From: an uncultured Gammaproteobacteria bacterium
GTDB lineage: Bacteria > Patescibacteriota > Microgenomatia > UBA12405
NCBI GenBank assembly: GCA_964448465.1
Contig: CAYUVY010000001.1
Coordinates: forward strand, 25,196 to 89,195
Direction of reading: 5' to 3'
DNA: 64,000 bases
In this document: piece by piece, positions 48,059 through 56,611 of the stretch
Numbering within the stretch: position 1 is the first letter of the stretch
How the letters are laid out: the number at the start of each line of letters is the position of its first letter
Notes under the pieces: model-generated
Database searches by the model: none
What the model saw: only the letters and a program-made list of their open reading frames with translations
What the model was told of the DNA's origin: nothing
Made by a program: the position numbers and the translations under genes

Positions 48059-49071
48059 ACAAAACTAAAACTGCTTTTATTACCGGTATAACCGGACAAG
48101 ATGGTTCTTATTTAGCCGAATTATTGCTTAGTAAAAACTACCAAGTTTATGGATTCCTACGTCGTAACAGCAAACAAAGCTATGGCAACGTGGCCCACCT
48201 TAAGCACGAAATAAAATTTGTTCAAGGCGATTTGGCCGACCCTACCTGCCTCAGTATGTACATCAGCCAAATCCAGCCAGATGAAATTTATAATCTGGGT
48301 GCTCAGTCGCATGTGGGCGAATCCTGGAATCAACCCATTGCTACCGCAGACCAAACCGGCCTTGGGGCTCTAAGAATTTTTGAGGCAGTACGCAATGTCA
48401 GCCCTAAATCCAAAGTCTACCAGGCCAGTACTAGCGAGCTTTTTGGCGAAACCAAAATAGTACCACAAGACGAAAATACGCCGATTAGTCCAGCAAATCC
48501 CTATGCTGCCGCCAAAGCATTGGCCCATTTTGATGCCAGAATTTATCGTAAATCTTTTAACTTATTTATCTCCACCGGCATACTTTTTAATCACGAATCT
48601 CCCCGCCGTAGTCCCGATTTTGTCACTCGCAAGGTATCTCTGGCCGTTGCCGCAATTAAACTTGGCCTTCGAGGGAATAGTGTTCCCATTGCCGAAGGGG
48701 GAATGCCAGTCATCGATGACAAATTTAAGTTACAACTAGGCAATCTAGATGCCCAGCGTGATTGGGGTTTTGCCGGAGATTTTGTCGAGGCTATGTGGCA
48801 AATCATGCAACAAGATAAACCCGACGATTATGTTGTGGCCACAGGAGTTGTCCATACTATTAGAGAGTTATGCGAAGAGGCCTTTTCTAACGCGGGCTTA
48901 AAATGGCAAGACCACGTGGTCATAAACCCCAAGTGGGTTAGACCCATTGAAACAGGACCACTGGTAGGGGATGCTAGCAAAATTCGCAAAGCTATTGGCT
49001 GGAAACCCAAAACTACTTTTAAGCAACTAATTAAAATGATGGTCGAGGCAGATTTGGCCCTACTTCGCTAA
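48055..49071 (+). CDS. gmd: GDP-mannose 4,6-dehydratase
   Basis: KTAFITGITGQDGSYLAELLLSKNYQVYGFLRRNS is the canonical Gmd N-terminus. STSELFG and YAAAK motifs. ATGA overlap with rmlB. Confidence 0.85.
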   Translation: MNKTKTAFITGITGQDGSYLAELLLSKNYQVYGFLRRNSKQSYGNVAHLKHEIKFVQGDLADPTCLSMYISQIQPDEIYNLGAQSHVGESWNQPIATADQTGLGALRIFEAVRNVSPKSKVYQASTSELFGETKIVPQDENTPISPANPYAAAKALAHFDARIYRKSFNLFISTGILFNHESPRRSPDFVTRKVSLAVAAIKLGLRGNSVPIAEGGMPVIDDKFKLQLGNLDAQRDWGFAGDFVEAMWQIMQQDKPDDYVVATGVVHTIRELCEEAFSNAGLKWQDHVVINPKWVRPIETGPLVGDASKIRKAIGWKPKTTFKQLIKMMVEADLALLR

Positions 49072-49077
49072 TCCAAT

Positions 49078-50007
49078 CTATCTAACAAGCAGCAACGGCA
49101 GGCCTACTAATTGGCTTATTAAACCAATTACCCCACTAACTCCAGATACCAACACGGCTTTGTGAGGATCCACTCCAACTTGAGAAAAAAAGTATCCATA
49201 CAATAATTCCCTAGCTCCCCAGCCAGAAAGTGAAATTGGCAGTACCAAGATAAAAGAAATTATTGGGAAAATTGAGTAAATACTGGCCAAACTCATATTT
49301 GCCTGCAAAATAACTGCCAAAAAATAATTTGGTAAGATCCAAACTAGTTGAGCAAAAATAGAGATAACATATGCCCCTGCAACCCTGGATAAACCCTCTT
49401 GATTTAATACTTCTTCTATAGATACTATTTTTTGTAACCACTTAATTTTTAGGGCATATTTTTTTAAATCCAATAAATACGCCAAGCCAATTGCCACCCA
49501 CATCCCCACAAACAACCCCAGACAGATAAAAACAATATTGGCAGGCAAGCTTAGTCCTACAACTTTTGCCAAAACAATCCCAATAAAGGCCACGGTTACC
49601 AATGAAACTAGTCCTACTAATCTATCGGCCACCATGGACATGGCCAGTTGTGATTTTTTCAGTTCCGGAAAACTTTTATGTAGTATTAACCACTTGGTCA
49701 CATCCCCACTTAAACTGCCAGGTAAAAACATTCCATAAAAACCCGCCATCGCATTGGCCTTCCAAATTAGCCACAGTCTTTTTGGATCTATCTTTCCCCA
49801 TAACAACCAAGACCAGCGCACTCCCGCCAAAACTCCTACCACTTGAGAATAAATAACAAACATTGGTATTGTCCACCAGGGAATTAAACTAATTTGACCA
49901 ATAATTTCACTAAAACTTATTTTCGTGGAAAGTAAATACACACAACCCAACGTAAACACTAGTCGGAAAGGCAAGGAAGTTATAATTCTCTTAAGCCATG
50001 TCATCAT
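49078..50007 (-). CDS. UPF0104 / LPG-synthase-TM-like flippase-like membrane protein
   Basis: 309 aa with about 8 TM segments. N-terminus LVFTLGCVYLLSTKISFSEI...WWTIPMFVIYSQVVGVLAGVRWSWLL resembles the lysylphosphatidylglycerol synthase TM (flippase-like) domain. Assignment is by architecture. Confidence 0.5.
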   Translation of the reverse strand: MMTWLKRIITSLPFRLVFTLGCVYLLSTKISFSEIIGQISLIPWWTIPMFVIYSQVVGVLAGVRWSWLLWGKIDPKRLWLIWKANAMAGFYGMFLPGSLSGDVTKWLILHKSFPELKKSQLAMSMVADRLVGLVSLVTVAFIGIVLAKVVGLSLPANIVFICLGLFVGMWVAIGLAYLLDLKKYALKIKWLQKIVSIEEVLNQEGLSRVAGAYVISIFAQLVWILPNYFLAVILQANMSLASIYSIFPIISFILVLPISLSGWGARELLYGYFFSQVGVDPHKAVLVSGVSGVIGLISQLVGLPLLLVR

Positions 50008-51081
50008 CTTTATATTCTATCCTATGTTTGTCTCATATTTTCCCCCCGGCTGTCGACGGTGGTTCCCAGATTATTTTCAACCTAGGTAAGCAACTAGAAA
50101 AACATGGTCACCAGGTCACCTATTTCGCAGGTCCAGGTCAGAGTACCGACGATTATCTAAACTCATTTTCTAGATATCTAAAATTTATCCCCATTCTTGG
50201 ACCTATTCTAAAAATCGGACCAATTTTCTCACCCCTAACTTTATTCAAACTAACCAGACTTAAGCCTCAAATTATCTTAGCTGGACCCTTACCCACCACC
50301 ATTGCCCTATATGCATATCTACTTAAGCTGCTAACTGGAGCCAAATTAATTCTTGTGCCTTGCTACCATCCTACTGATCCAAGTTTTAATAACCCAATCT
50401 TTACCTATATTCTCCGAAACTCCAATTTAGTGATAACTCTAACTAACTACGAAACTTACTTCAAACTTCAAACTGTCAAGTTCTACCTCCTGGTATTAAT
50501 GCTGATTTGATACTAAAAAGTAAGCCTAGCTTTCCCAAAACTAAAAATGTTTTGTTTCTTGGTAATTTTGCCGCTCACAAACAAATAATCTTGCTAATTC
50601 AAGCTTTTTGTAAATTAAAAGCACCCTGTACTCTCACTATTGCGGGCAAAAAAACCTTGTATTATCCTGAAATTCAAAAATATCTCCACAACTTACCCAA
50701 ACCAATTCAAACCAAAATTACTTTCATCGACATGGGCTATAATCCTGATTTACTTGTTAACTTGTTAAACTCTTGTACTATCATGTGCCTTCCTTCTTCT
50801 CAAGAAAGCTTTGTATAGTTTTTGCCGAAGCTTGGGCCAGAGGTAAGCCAGTAGTGGGTACCGATATTCCCGCAGTTACCGAACTTTTCCAACAAACCAA
50901 AGGTGGCACAACCTTTAAAAATCTTGATTCCCAATCGCTAACTCAAACCCTAGAAAAACTATTAACAAACCCACAATTCTGCCAAAAACTTGGTCAAAAT
51001 GGTCATAAGTATGTACGACAACAACTCACTTGGGATAAAATTGGTAACCAACTATGCGCTATTTTGCCATCCTTATTTTAA
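49998..51081 (+). pseudogene. Frameshifted GT4 glycosyltransferase, split over three frames (49998-50510, 50507-50818, 50773-51081)
   Basis: Three consecutive ORFs encode the N-domain (VDGGSQIIFNLGKQLEKHGHQV), the middle (PPGINADLILKSKPSFPKTKNVLFLGNF, readable only in the second frame) and the C-domain (FAEAWARGKPVVGTDIPAV) of one GT4. Single-base frame changes are near 50465 and 50813. Confidence 0.6.
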
Positions 51082-51503
51082 TCTTAATCACCATTAGCCT
51101 AATTTACACCAGAAACAAACCTTCCAAACTGTCTACAATTAACCTAACTTTAGGCAATAATACTTATTCTATTGAACTGGCTAGTAGTCTTTTAGAAAAA
51201 ACTAAAGGTCTTGGTGGGCGCACCAGTCTCTGCTCCACCTGTGGCATGCTTTTTATCTATAATTCCGAGGGTGTCTATCCCTTTTGGATGAAAGATACTT
51301 TAATCCCCTTAGACATGCTTTGGCTCGATTCTAGTGGTAAAATTGTTGCGATTCATACTGCCCAACCCGAGCCAGGAGTCTCTGATTTTCAACTAAAAAA
51401 TTATTCTAACTCAACTCCCGCTAAATACGTTCTAGAAATTAATGCCCTCCAGTCACAAAAACTAAATCTACGAGTAGGGGACACAATACTCATAAAATTA
51501 TGA
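51054..51503 (+). CDS. DUF192-family protein (N-terminal signal/anchor)
   Basis: MLFIYNSEGVYPFWMKDTLIPLDMLWLDSSGKIVAI matches the DUF192 (COG1430) core pattern. N-terminal hydrophobic segment. Confidence 0.55.
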   Translation: MRYFAILILILITISLIYTRNKPSKLSTINLTLGNNTYSIELASSLLEKTKGLGGRTSLCSTCGMLFIYNSEGVYPFWMKDTLIPLDMLWLDSSGKIVAIHTAQPEPGVSDFQLKNYSNSTPAKYVLEINALQSQKLNLRVGDTILIKL

Positions 51504-52408
51504 CCGGTATTTCTGTCATTATTCCCAACTTAAACGGACAAAAATTTTTATCTGATTGTCTAAGTTCTATTCTTGTTGCTCAAAAAAATCTAGATCTAGA
51601 CTTACAAATTATTCTTGTGGACAATGGTTCTACCGACCAAAGTCTAGAAATTTTTGATCAACTTACCAAAAATTACCAAACCATAAAAATCCGCAACTCC
51701 AAAAATCTTGGCTTTGCCCAGGCTGTTAACCAGGGGATAGCTGCAAGTTCGTACGACTGGGTGCACGTCTGCAACAACGATTTAAAACTTCATCCCGAAT
51801 GGTATAAAAAATTATTACCTTATTTAAGACCAGAATATGCCTGTCTAGCTGGTACCGTTTTAAACCTAACAGGGAATGAATATGAAAGTACAGGTTTAAC
51901 TTTCTTTGATTATGGTAAATGCCAAAATATTAAAAATCACCAGAAGTTTGATAGAACAAAACTACCCAGCCAACCCGAGATAATCTGGGGGGCCAATGCA
52001 GCTTGCACACTCTATTACAAACCAGTTTTAAGACATTTAGGTGGCTTTGATGCACGTTTTTTTGCTTACGAAGAAGATGTGGATTTGGCTTATCGCTTGA
52101 ACCAGCAAAAATTTACAACTCTTTATGTTCCCCTAGCAATTTCTTACCATCTAGGTGGTGGAACCAGTAATAAAATGGGTATTTTTAGGCAAAAAATGGA
52201 TGCCAAAAACTGGTGGCTTTTAATCTTAAAAAATTATTCTCTTGCTAAAATTATCCAAAACCTCCCCAAACTTCTCCTAGAACGTTTTATTAACTTAGCC
52301 AGTCTATATCAAGCCATTATCAAAACCTATGGCTGGCGCTCGATTTACCTAATACCCATGCAAACCCTTTGGCTCAAGTTTTCTATACTATATAACCTGC
52401 TAAAATAA
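51500..52408 (+). CDS. Glycosyltransferase family 2 (GT2)
   Basis: ISVIIPNLNGQKFLSDCLSSIL...VDNGSTDQS and YEEDVDLAYR motifs. Confidence 0.75.
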   Translation: MTGISVIIPNLNGQKFLSDCLSSILVAQKNLDLDLQIILVDNGSTDQSLEIFDQLTKNYQTIKIRNSKNLGFAQAVNQGIAASSYDWVHVCNNDLKLHPEWYKKLLPYLRPEYACLAGTVLNLTGNEYESTGLTFFDYGKCQNIKNHQKFDRTKLPSQPEIIWGANAACTLYYKPVLRHLGGFDARFFAYEEDVDLAYRLNQQKFTTLYVPLAISYHLGGGTSNKMGIFRQKMDAKNWWLLILKNYSLAKIIQNLPKLLLERFINLASLYQAIIKTYGWRSIYLIPMQTLWLKFSILYNLLK

Positions 52409-52412
52409 ATAA

Positions 52413-53525
52413 ATGATCATCGGCCTAGATATTTCTTCCATACCCTATGGCACTGGAGTTAGTAACTACACTCAAAATTTAGTCCTCAACCTTCTACAAA
52501 ACGACACCAAAAATACTTACAAACTATTTTTCTCTTCTTTGCGCCAAAACCTACCTGCAGATTTTCTCCAAGAACTAAAAAAATATAAAAACTACAAGTT
52601 ATATTTATACAGATTCCCACCTACCATCCTGTCTATTCTTTGGAACAAACTACATATTTTATCCATTGAACATTTAATTGGCCAATGTGACATTTTTCAT
52701 TGTAGCGACTGGACCCAACCCCCCACTCAACAAGCTAAAACCACAACCACTATTCACGACCTAACTCCCTTTATACAGCCAAACTGGCACCACCCATTGG
52801 TTGTCTCTACGCACCGTCAAAAAATGTCCCAAGCCATTAAACATTGCGACCACTATATTTGTGTTTCATATAACAGCCAAACTGATTTACACAAACTATT
52901 TCCACAAACTATCGACAAATCTAGTGTAATATACGAGGCTTGTGAAGATATTTATTCACCCAAATTAATCAAGACTTCCAAACATCCCTTTGGCAATGTT
53001 CCTTATTTTTTGGCCCAAGGTACTCGCGAGCCACGAAAAAATTTAACTCGTACCATCCAGGCTTTTGTCCGTTTTAAAAAAGAGAACCCTAATAATAAAT
53101 CTATTTTAGCCGTGGCAGGCAAATATGGCTGGGGAGAGGACTTAGAAATCCAGCAACCCCAGTTTATTAAAATACTTGGCTACGTTAGTGATGAATATTT
53201 ACAACAACTCCATGTTCATGCTTTAGCTTTAGTTTGTGTTTCTCTCTACGAAGGTTTTGGCCTACCCCTAGTCAAAAGTTTTGCCTGTGGAGTTCCAGTA
53301 ATTACCGGCAACCTGTCTTCACTTCCCGAAATCACCAAAGATGCAGGCCTTATCGTCAACCCATATTCTACCGAAGCCATTAAGACTGCTTTTGTAAACA
53401 TCTCCAAAACCAAAACCAGAGAGGACTTGGCCAAAAAAGCCCTACTCAGAGCCAAAGATTTTAGCTGGCAGACAACCGCCTTAAAAACGCTTAAACTATA
53501 CCAACAACTATGCGCATCGGAATAG
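52413..53525 (+). CDS. Glycosyltransferase family 4 (GT4)
   Basis: EGFGLPLVKSFACGVPVITGNLSSLPEI. Confidence 0.8.
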   Translation: MIIGLDISSIPYGTGVSNYTQNLVLNLLQNDTKNTYKLFFSSLRQNLPADFLQELKKYKNYKLYLYRFPPTILSILWNKLHILSIEHLIGQCDIFHCSDWTQPPTQQAKTTTTIHDLTPFIQPNWHHPLVVSTHRQKMSQAIKHCDHYICVSYNSQTDLHKLFPQTIDKSSVIYEACEDIYSPKLIKTSKHPFGNVPYFLAQGTREPRKNLTRTIQAFVRFKKENPNNKSILAVAGKYGWGEDLEIQQPQFIKILGYVSDEYLQQLHVHALALVCVSLYEGFGLPLVKSFACGVPVITGNLSSLPEITKDAGLIVNPYSTEAIKTAFVNISKTKTREDLAKKALLRAKDFSWQTTALKTLKLYQQLCASE

Positions 53526-54577
53526 ACGGCAACGAAGCCAACATTTCTCAAAAAGTAGGTGTTGGCTTGTTTGCTTACCAACTTTTGTTGCAGCTTTACC
53601 ACCAAAAAACCGATAATCAGTATTTTATTTTTCTCAAGTCAACTCCAGGCAAAGATCTGCCTCCCGAAAAAGCTAACTGGCATTATCTAGTCTTTGGGCC
53701 CCAAAAACTATGGACACGCTTTGCCCTACCCTTCAAGCTCTATTTTGGTTCACCCAGACTTGATTTATTTTTTTCTCCCAGTCATTACACTCCGCTTTTT
53801 TGTCCTGTTCCCAAGCTAGCCGCCATTATGGACTTGGGGTATCTGGACACGCCAGAACAATTTACTAAAAAGGACTACTACCAACTTACCCAGTGGACTA
53901 AAGAGTCTATAAAAACTTGTGCCCATCTAATTGCTATTTCCGAGTTTACCAAACAAGAAATTATCACTCGTTTTCACTATAACCCAAATAAAATAACCGT
54001 GGTTTACCCTAGCGTTACTCCACCAAATAAAATCAATAAAAACCTAATTTCTAAGTGGAATTTACAAAACACGCCCTATTTTCTCTATTTGGGCACTCTC
54101 AAACCGAGTAAAAATATTCCTTTCTTAATTAACACTTTTTCACAATATAATGGTCTAGAAAAATTAGTTATCGCCGGTAAAAAAGGCTGGCTTTACAACA
54201 GTATCTTTGAGCTTGTTAAATCCTTAAAGCTTGAAAACAAAATTGTCTTTACTGACTATATAACTGAACCCGAAAAATGGGCTTTATTAAAACAGGCCAA
54301 GGCTCTATGTATACCTTCGCTTTACGAAGGTTTTGGCATACCAGCCCTCGAAGCACTATTAATAGGTACACCGGTAATTGCAAGTTTTTGTGGATCCTTA
54401 CCTGAAATAGTTGGGTCTTGTGGCCATTTACTGGATTCTAACGATACCCAATCCTGGCTTTTAGCCTTAAAACAACCTCAAAGAGTTTTGGCCCCAGATA
54501 TCGGCAAATTGAACCTAAAGTTTGGCTGGCCAGACAACCTAATTCGCTTAAAAACTGCCTTTTTGAAAGTTATTTAG
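53510..54577 (+). CDS. Glycosyltransferase family 4 (GT4)
   Basis: EGFGIPALEALLIGTPVIASFCGSLPEIVG. Confidence 0.8.
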   Translation: MRIGIDGNEANISQKVGVGLFAYQLLLQLYHQKTDNQYFIFLKSTPGKDLPPEKANWHYLVFGPQKLWTRFALPFKLYFGSPRLDLFFSPSHYTPLFCPVPKLAAIMDLGYLDTPEQFTKKDYYQLTQWTKESIKTCAHLIAISEFTKQEIITRFHYNPNKITVVYPSVTPPNKINKNLISKWNLQNTPYFLYLGTLKPSKNIPFLINTFSQYNGLEKLVIAGKKGWLYNSIFELVKSLKLENKIVFTDYITEPEKWALLKQAKALCIPSLYEGFGIPALEALLIGTPVIASFCGSLPEIVGSCGHLLDSNDTQSWLLALKQPQRVLAPDIGKLNLKFGWPDNLIRLKTAFLKVI

Positions 54578-54589
54578 GTATAATTAAGC

Positions 54590-55186
54590 ATGTTTACAGA
54601 TAAAGATGGTAAATCACTCCCTTTAGACACTGCTGTAATGAAAATTTTCAACCGTTTTGCTACGTATTTTCTGGAATTTGAACTTATGCTTTTGCGCTGG
54701 ACTGGCAATATACCCTCCCACTTATTCCGTCGCCTTATTTACCAGCTTGCCGGTATGAACCTTACAACGTCTACCACCATTCACATGTGGGCCAACTTCT
54801 TTCAACCCCGAGGTATCACCATAGGGCAAGACTCTGTTATTGGTGATCATTGTTTTTTAGATGGTCGCGCCCCGCTTAATATTGGTAATCACGTAGATAT
54901 TGCCTCTCAAGTTCTCATCTACAACGATGAACACGATGTTCATTCCGAGACTTTTACCAATCACTTTGGTCCTGTCACTATTCACGATTATGTTTTTATC
55001 GGACCACGCGCCATAATTTTACCTGAAGTCACTATCGGCAGGGGAGCCGTAGTTGCAGCTGGGGCTGTAGTCACCAAAGATATACCAGAATTTGAAATTT
55101 GGGGTGGTGTGCCAGCCAAAAAAATAGGAGAGAGAACCAACAAAAATCCACATTACCGCCTGGGTCGAGTCATGCTCTTTCAATAA
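54590..55186 (+). CDS. Hexapeptide-repeat acetyltransferase (WcaF/CysE-like)
   Basis: IGDHCFLDGRAPLNIGNHVDIASQVLIY...IGPRAIILPEVTIGRGAVVAAGAVVTKDIPEFEIWGGVPAKKI. Confidence 0.75.
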   Translation: MFTDKDGKSLPLDTAVMKIFNRFATYFLEFELMLLRWTGNIPSHLFRRLIYQLAGMNLTTSTTIHMWANFFQPRGITIGQDSVIGDHCFLDGRAPLNIGNHVDIASQVLIYNDEHDVHSETFTNHFGPVTIHDYVFIGPRAIILPEVTIGRGAVVAAGAVVTKDIPEFEIWGGVPAKKIGERTNKNPHYRLGRVMLFQ

Positions 55187-55187
55187 C

Positions 55188-55724
55188 ATGTTAGTCAAAA
55201 ACATCCTAAAAATAGGTATAATCGCATTTAATCTGGCAGCTTTTGTTTATTTTCTTATTCCCTTTCCAAATTTACCCGATCTGCCCAATTCTCTGCGTTC
55301 AGTCGAACCAGGTGATACTATCCAACTTAAAAATGTCAAAGCTTACTACACCAATTCCAACCGTAATGCCGTCACAGGTTTTTACCTAAAAAACACCCCT
55401 CACCCCTTTATTTACAAAATCAACCACCCACCCGAGTACGCACGACAAGTTATCAAGGCTACTACTCAAACTTATTACCTAGAAGAATATGTTTTACCTT
55501 TTAAAGGTTCCTTCTTTGTCAATGGCTACGAATGGAAAAATGATGTTTTTACTAAACCCGATGCTCGCGGTCAAAACAAACTCCTGGTGGGTACTCAACT
55601 TTTTGACGCCAAGATAACCCTTAAGTGGATACCTGCCATTTTTCCAATAAATTACTTTATTTTTTTATTAACCCAAGTCTTAATATTTTTCGCGCTTAAA
55701 AAAATCCCTGCCATATTTAAATGA
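55188..55724 (+). CDS. Hypothetical bitopic membrane protein (TM at both termini, central extracytoplasmic domain)
   Basis: ORF only. Hydrophobic N-terminus (IGIIAFNLAAFVYFLIPF) and C-terminus (INYFIFLLTQVLIFFAL). Confidence 0.4.
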   Translation: MLVKNILKIGIIAFNLAAFVYFLIPFPNLPDLPNSLRSVEPGDTIQLKNVKAYYTNSNRNAVTGFYLKNTPHPFIYKINHPPEYARQVIKATTQTYYLEEYVLPFKGSFFVNGYEWKNDVFTKPDARGQNKLLVGTQLFDAKITLKWIPAIFPINYFIFLLTQVLIFFALKKIPAIFK

Positions 55725-56611
55725 AACCAGTCTTAAGCATTATTATCGTTTCCTACAACACCTCCAAGTTAACTCTGGCTTGTCTTAAATCAATACTCGC
55801 CGACAAGGGTTTGCTTTTTGGAGCCAAGTCCAAAGTTGAAACCAGTATTCCCACCGAAATTATAGTAGTCGACAATGCTTCAAAGGACGACACCATAAAA
55901 AAATTATTGAACTTTCCACAAATAAAAATATTAAAAAACAAAACAAACCTTGGCTTTGGTCCAGCCAATAACCAAGGCCTAAAAGCTAGTAGTGGAGAAT
56001 ATATCTTGTTTCTCAATAGCGATACTTTAATTAATAATTCTGCCATCAGCCAATCCTTAACCTATTTTTGCACCCATCCAGAACTGGCCTGTCTTACTAC
56101 CCAACTTTTAAATTCCGACGGAAGCATTCAGGAGTGTGGAGGGTACTTCCCCAACCTACTAAACACTTTTACTTGGTGCTCCCACATGGATGACCTGCCT
56201 TGGATTAACAAGTTTATCCCAGCCATTCATCCCCACACTCCCAACTTTTATCTTCACGATGATTTTTACAAACATGACCAATATCTAGATTGGGTCAAAG
56301 GTGCCTACTTTTTAACTCGCAAAACAATTCTAGACAAAGTTGGCGGTTTTGACCCAAAGATATTTATGTATGCCGAAGACATAGACTTAAGCTATCGCAT
56401 CAAAAATCAATTTCCAAACTTAAAAAATTATCTTTATTCCACCGCCAAAGTCACCCACCTTGGGGGTGGCTCGGCAAAAGTTAACAGTACAAAGTTAAAT
56501 AAAGAGCGAGAGGGTATTAAATATTTTTATAAAAAACATCAACCCAACCAACTTCCAATAATCCAATTATTATTAGTCATTAACCAAATTCTTGGTATAT
56601 TTTTTAAATGA
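55721..56611 (+). CDS. Glycosyltransferase family 2 (GT2)
   Basis: LSIIIVSYNTSKLTLACLKSI...VDNASKDDT and YAEDIDLSYR motifs. ATGA overlap with the upstream gene. Confidence 0.75.
   Translation: MKPVLSIIIVSYNTSKLTLACLKSILADKGLLFGAKSKVETSIPTEIIVVDNASKDDTIKKLLNFPQIKILKNKTNLGFGPANNQGLKASSGEYILFLNSDTLINNSAISQSLTYFCTHPELACLTTQLLNSDGSIQECGGYFPNLLNTFTWCSHMDDLPWINKFIPAIHPHTPNFYLHDDFYKHDQYLDWVKGAYFLTRKTILDKVGGFDPKIFMYAEDIDLSYRIKNQFPNLKNYLYSTAKVTHLGGGSAKVNSTKLNKEREGIKYFYKKHQPNQLPIIQLLLVINQILGIFFK

Noticed and set aside
48157-49010. Cluster of four 60-78 aa ORFs on both strands overlapping gmd.
   Set aside because: They coincide with the locally higher GC of gmd, which reduces stop-codon frequency in off-frames. 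gmd itself has an unambiguous full-length signature.
49211-49876. Several 66-84 aa ORFs on both strands inside the flippase-like gene.
   Set aside because: Same GC-driven artefact. The 309 aa minus-strand ORF is the coherent membrane protein.
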